DNA of 55,156 nucleotides, filler included, from Circinaria calcarea (Eukaryota): NCBI GenBank assembly GCA_051942165.1. It is 5 parts of 5 records of this genome, joined end to end, with 100 filler letters (N's around TTAATTAATTAA, not from the genome) between each part and the next. Parts side by side here need not be neighbours in the genome. Positions count along the whole stretch, not along the records: positions 44,219 to 55,156 come from JAVECS010000738.1; 4 more parts are not named here. One strand, 5' to 3'. Shown piece by piece: positions 51,745 to 55,156 of this stretch (position 1 is its first letter; each line of letters starts with the position of its first letter). The notes under the pieces were generated by a model. It saw only the letters and a program-made list of their open reading frames with translations, ran no database searches and was not told where the DNA came from. The position numbers and the translations under genes were made by a program.

Positions 51745-54170
51745 TCAAGCTGGCACGTCCCGGTTAATATTGAACAGCATGTATCCATCTCGCGTCCTTG
51801 TCCGGCCTAGTTCTACAAGCTTCTGCCATGCTTTAGGATATGCTTTCTTGGCCCAGTCTTCGACTTCGGCCTTCTTGACTTCACCCGGACTGGCATTGTA
51901 GAACGTTCCCAGCCTAGGTTAACTTTAGCAGTGCTCTAAAGAGGACGATAGTTATGAACCCACGTGAGATCATCGGGCTTATGTCCGGTGCGAACCTCCA
52001 TCTCATCGATGAATTGGACGGCCTCCTTGAACAGTGCTTGGCCAGCCAATGCGCCAATATAAGTTTCGTAGATTTCCTTGGTAACCTCGATTTCGAATCT
52101 TTGCAGTTTTCCCCATATATCACGAGCTTGACGCTCACCAAACGGTGCTACCTCACAGGCCTTTAGGGCAATTCGAATGCTATTGTAAGTCGGCCCTTCT
52201 CTAGAGTAAACTATGTCGTCCCAGAACTCCAGACTCCGGCGAGGCTCCCCACATGCGGTATATCCTAGCATCAGAGCGTTATACAACCTAGTGTCAGGCT
52301 CCACCTCGGAGTCAAGCTTTAGCATATTGTGCACGGTCTCGAGCGAACCAAGGTCCCTACTCTTCGCAATGCCTTCAAGGCACTGGGTATAGGCATTGGT
52401 GTCCGGCCGTTTCTCGTGGATAGCTTGCTGTCTCATATGACCAAAGACATGCATTGCCATGTCGCTACGCCCACGAGAGAAGAACTCATTCATGAGCTTT
52501 AGGCGAATTGTATTGCCGGTCTCACTAAAGATTTGTCGAAGAATGGAGTATGCATCCCACGCTCTCGAAGTGTTGGTGGAGCGATCTAGGCAGAAGTCGA
52601 CGAACACATCCCGGATAAATGCTCTCTGGTCCATTCCATAATGGAATGCATGGGTTTGAAGGAGATCAATCAAGTCATGTAGTTCATTACTGTGGAGATG
52701 GATAATGCATAATGCAGACACAGTCTCAGGCTCAAGACGCGCCTTTCTCTCGCTCAGGTCTTCCACGTACGCCATGATAGCTTCATAGTCCTGTCGTTTC
52801 GCATGACAGAGAGCTAGGATAAGCTTGTTAACAAGAGGGATATCCTTGTTATCTGGAATCTCATAAGCCTGCAATTGGGTGTAGGCAGACCGAGCCCCGT
52901 CAATGTCCCCAATCTTAAGGCGATAGTCGAGCTGTAACAAAAAAGTTCTCGCATCGAGGTGTATGTTCCATTTTTGAGCAAGCGCGACATATCGTTCCGC
53001 GGTGTATGAGTCGTTCCCTGCATTGGCTAGCTCGATGAGGCCGTTGATGGTCTCAATATCCGGCCGTGCTTTGCTGCCTTGTTCTTCATTTCGTCTAACC
53101 ATGACCTCCATCATTCTATCGATCTCATCTACCCCTTTCCCTTTTGCCGCAGCCCATTGGAGAATAACATCCCATGACTCCTTGTCGGGCTGCCTGTCCA
53201 GTACTGACTCAAAGATGAATTGACCCCACTCAAAATCTTTGTGAAAAAGGCATAGTTGAAGGACAGACACATTGGTGCGAGACGTAGGGTGACTGCCCTT
53301 TGCTATCGGATGCATGTACCAGTTCTTAGTTCGCAAAAGGTCGTTTGATCGTGCAAATGTGATCGTGATCGACTGATGCACCTTATTATCAAATGGGACA
53401 CCATGTTTTTGCATGATCTCGACGGTACGCAGGAGCTCCTCGTCGTTCTGTTCCTTGGCGAATCCTTTCAGTACAAATTTCCAGGGCAAGTGCCCAGCCT
53501 GCTCAAGGTCGGTTTGCCAGTACTGCTCCAACGTTTCCCGTGCATTCAAGGATCTACCACACTGTGACATAATCTGTATGAACGGAGTGACGGTCTTGTT
53601 GCAGAACTCAGCAGCGCTGCCGTTTGAACCTTGACTGTCCCTCCGTGAAATAAGTTCTGCAAAAAGCAGCCGAGCCAACTGTTCACGTGCGCCAGGCTCT
53701 GGGCCTGTCCGTCCGTATACTAAAGCTTTTAACGCCGATTGCAAGTCTTCGATCGACAATCCAAATCCAGCTTCGTCGGAGTTTGTCTCTTGTAAATGCT
53801 TAAAGGTGACCATTGCCAGCGATGCTTGAATATCCTCTAGCGGCCTTGGAGACTTGCGCCTGGCTGTGAAGAAATCTCGGAAGGCAAGCACAAGCTTCGG
53901 AGCTGGTGGAGGTCTTGCATTCATCCGTAATAGGTTGCTGAGATCCATCATCAGACCATAACCGGGATCCAAGTTGGTGGTTTTGGCCTCGCGTGGAGGT
54001 TTCCGGGAGAAGCCAAAGAGGGACCTGGTGTTGACTCTGGGGCCAGTCCAGGCGAGCGACTGCTGTCGCCATGGTAGGGTGACATACTGGCTGGTACAGT
54101 GTAAATGTGACAATGGTTCGCCACGGAGTATGTGATGGAAAGCAAGGCGGGTCAAGTGAGACCGCATCAT
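51745..54170 (-). CDS. cia84: Mitochondrial PPR protein, complex I intermediate-associated protein 84-like; intron 51963-51914
   Basis: Arg-rich presequence; PPR-like repeats; GKGVDEIDRMM, RSDMAMHVFGHMR, VHNMLKLD, SREGPTYNS; final exon LGTFYNA..WAKKAYP..W. Confidence 0.82.
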
Positions 54171-54421
54171 CGGATTGAAAAACGGACATTGAAGGTTTGT
54201 ACTGTAGACTCAAAAACATGCAGCCGTCCAGCGGTTCACCTGCAGTAACGAAGCTTGACTGTACAACATACGATATGTCGGATTAGGGAACGATGAAGTG
54301 ATGGCATATACTCGAGTCGTCAATCTCGTTCACAGTGGATTTACAGTAAACAAGTCGGAGCTAGCGACTGCCCGCCGGAAAAAGACCGAGGGAGCTCAAC
54401 CGTGTTCTGTAAGGCCTCAAC

Positions 54422-55156
54422 ATGGTTTCCACCAACTGCATCATGTCGTCCACAGTAACTTTCAAGAGATCGCTGTCTCTATTGGCAGATGCCAGGGCTA
54501 TTTGTCGGTCTTTTTCTACTCGCAGCGCAGGACTAAGGGCCGAATCCATGTGTAAGTAAGTTGAGGTGGAAGCTCCGTCCTGCACGGCCATTAATCTACC
54601 CACTGCAGACACCCCTCATACCTCTCTCCTGGAGCCACTGGATCGGATGGATGCCGAGTTCCAGCCATATCGCGGGGATCCCGCTCGCAAAGAGAAGTCG
54701 GCCAGAGTGCACGCCACGGTCAGGAAGTACGTACAGCCAAGGAAGACGGACCCAGCTGCAATCATGGCGGATCTCGACAAGGACCGTCGTTCTAAGGGGT
54801 TAGAAGCCCTACAATACAGGAAGTGGAAACAAGGGGACGTCTATGCGCCGCATGATCTAAGTTCGGTGGAATTGAAGAAGTGGAGAAGTAGGTCAAAACC
54901 AACGACGGATGTGTTCGATGTCCTGGCAATCAACCCGTTAAACGAGTACAAAGTCTGTAGTTCTCTAGATGGGTTTTTCATGCGGCCGCCGACTGACAAT
55001 CTTGATCTTATAGAACTATTCCATGATGTCAGAATACATGACGCCTTTGGGTCGAATCAAGCATCCAAGAGACACCGGCTTACGGAACGTGAATCAGCGG
55101 CGAATCGCCAAAGCCATTCGAAGGGCTATCGGGATGGGCTTGATGCCAAGTGTACA
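54422..55156 (+). CDS. RSM18: Mitochondrial ribosomal protein bS18m, 3 exons, 3' truncated
   Basis: Presequence with RSFSTR; WKQGDVYAPHDLS; DVFDVLAINPLNEYKNYSMMSEYMTPLGRIKH..TGLRNVNQRRIAKAIRRAIGMGLMPSV. Confidence 0.92.

Overview
Filamentous ascomycete (Pezizomycotina) nuclear DNA with short GT-AG introns and CTRAY branch sites. The window is not one locus. It is five contigs (10960, 10959, 10950, 10949 and 10938 bp, i.e. sorted by length) joined by artificial 100-bp N44-TTAATTAATTAA-N44 linkers, so nothing should be inferred across the gaps. Contig 1: secreted lysophospholipase, Saf1-like F-box/RCC1 gene with an apparent frameshift, and a ~1000-aa noncanonical aromatic amino acid decarboxylase needing a 5-nt micro-exon. 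Contig 2: Fus3/Pmk1-type MAPK, Sec24, a membrane protein and a truncated Xaa-Pro peptidase. Contig 3 looks accessory: LTR-like relics, an F-box-like orphan, a secreted prepropeptide with acidic (R)DAYPEA repeats ahead of an 8-Cys cationic peptide (best novelty candidate), a HeLo-like/ankyrin gene, a GT90/CAP10 glycosyltransferase and a membrane-anchored fucose-lectin-fold protein. Contig 4: RNA Pol III subunit RPC2 and a PUF protein. Contig 5: Wee1 kinase, IMP3, CIA84-like PPR protein and RSM18. Exon models were built by hand and family calls rest on recalled motifs, not database searches.
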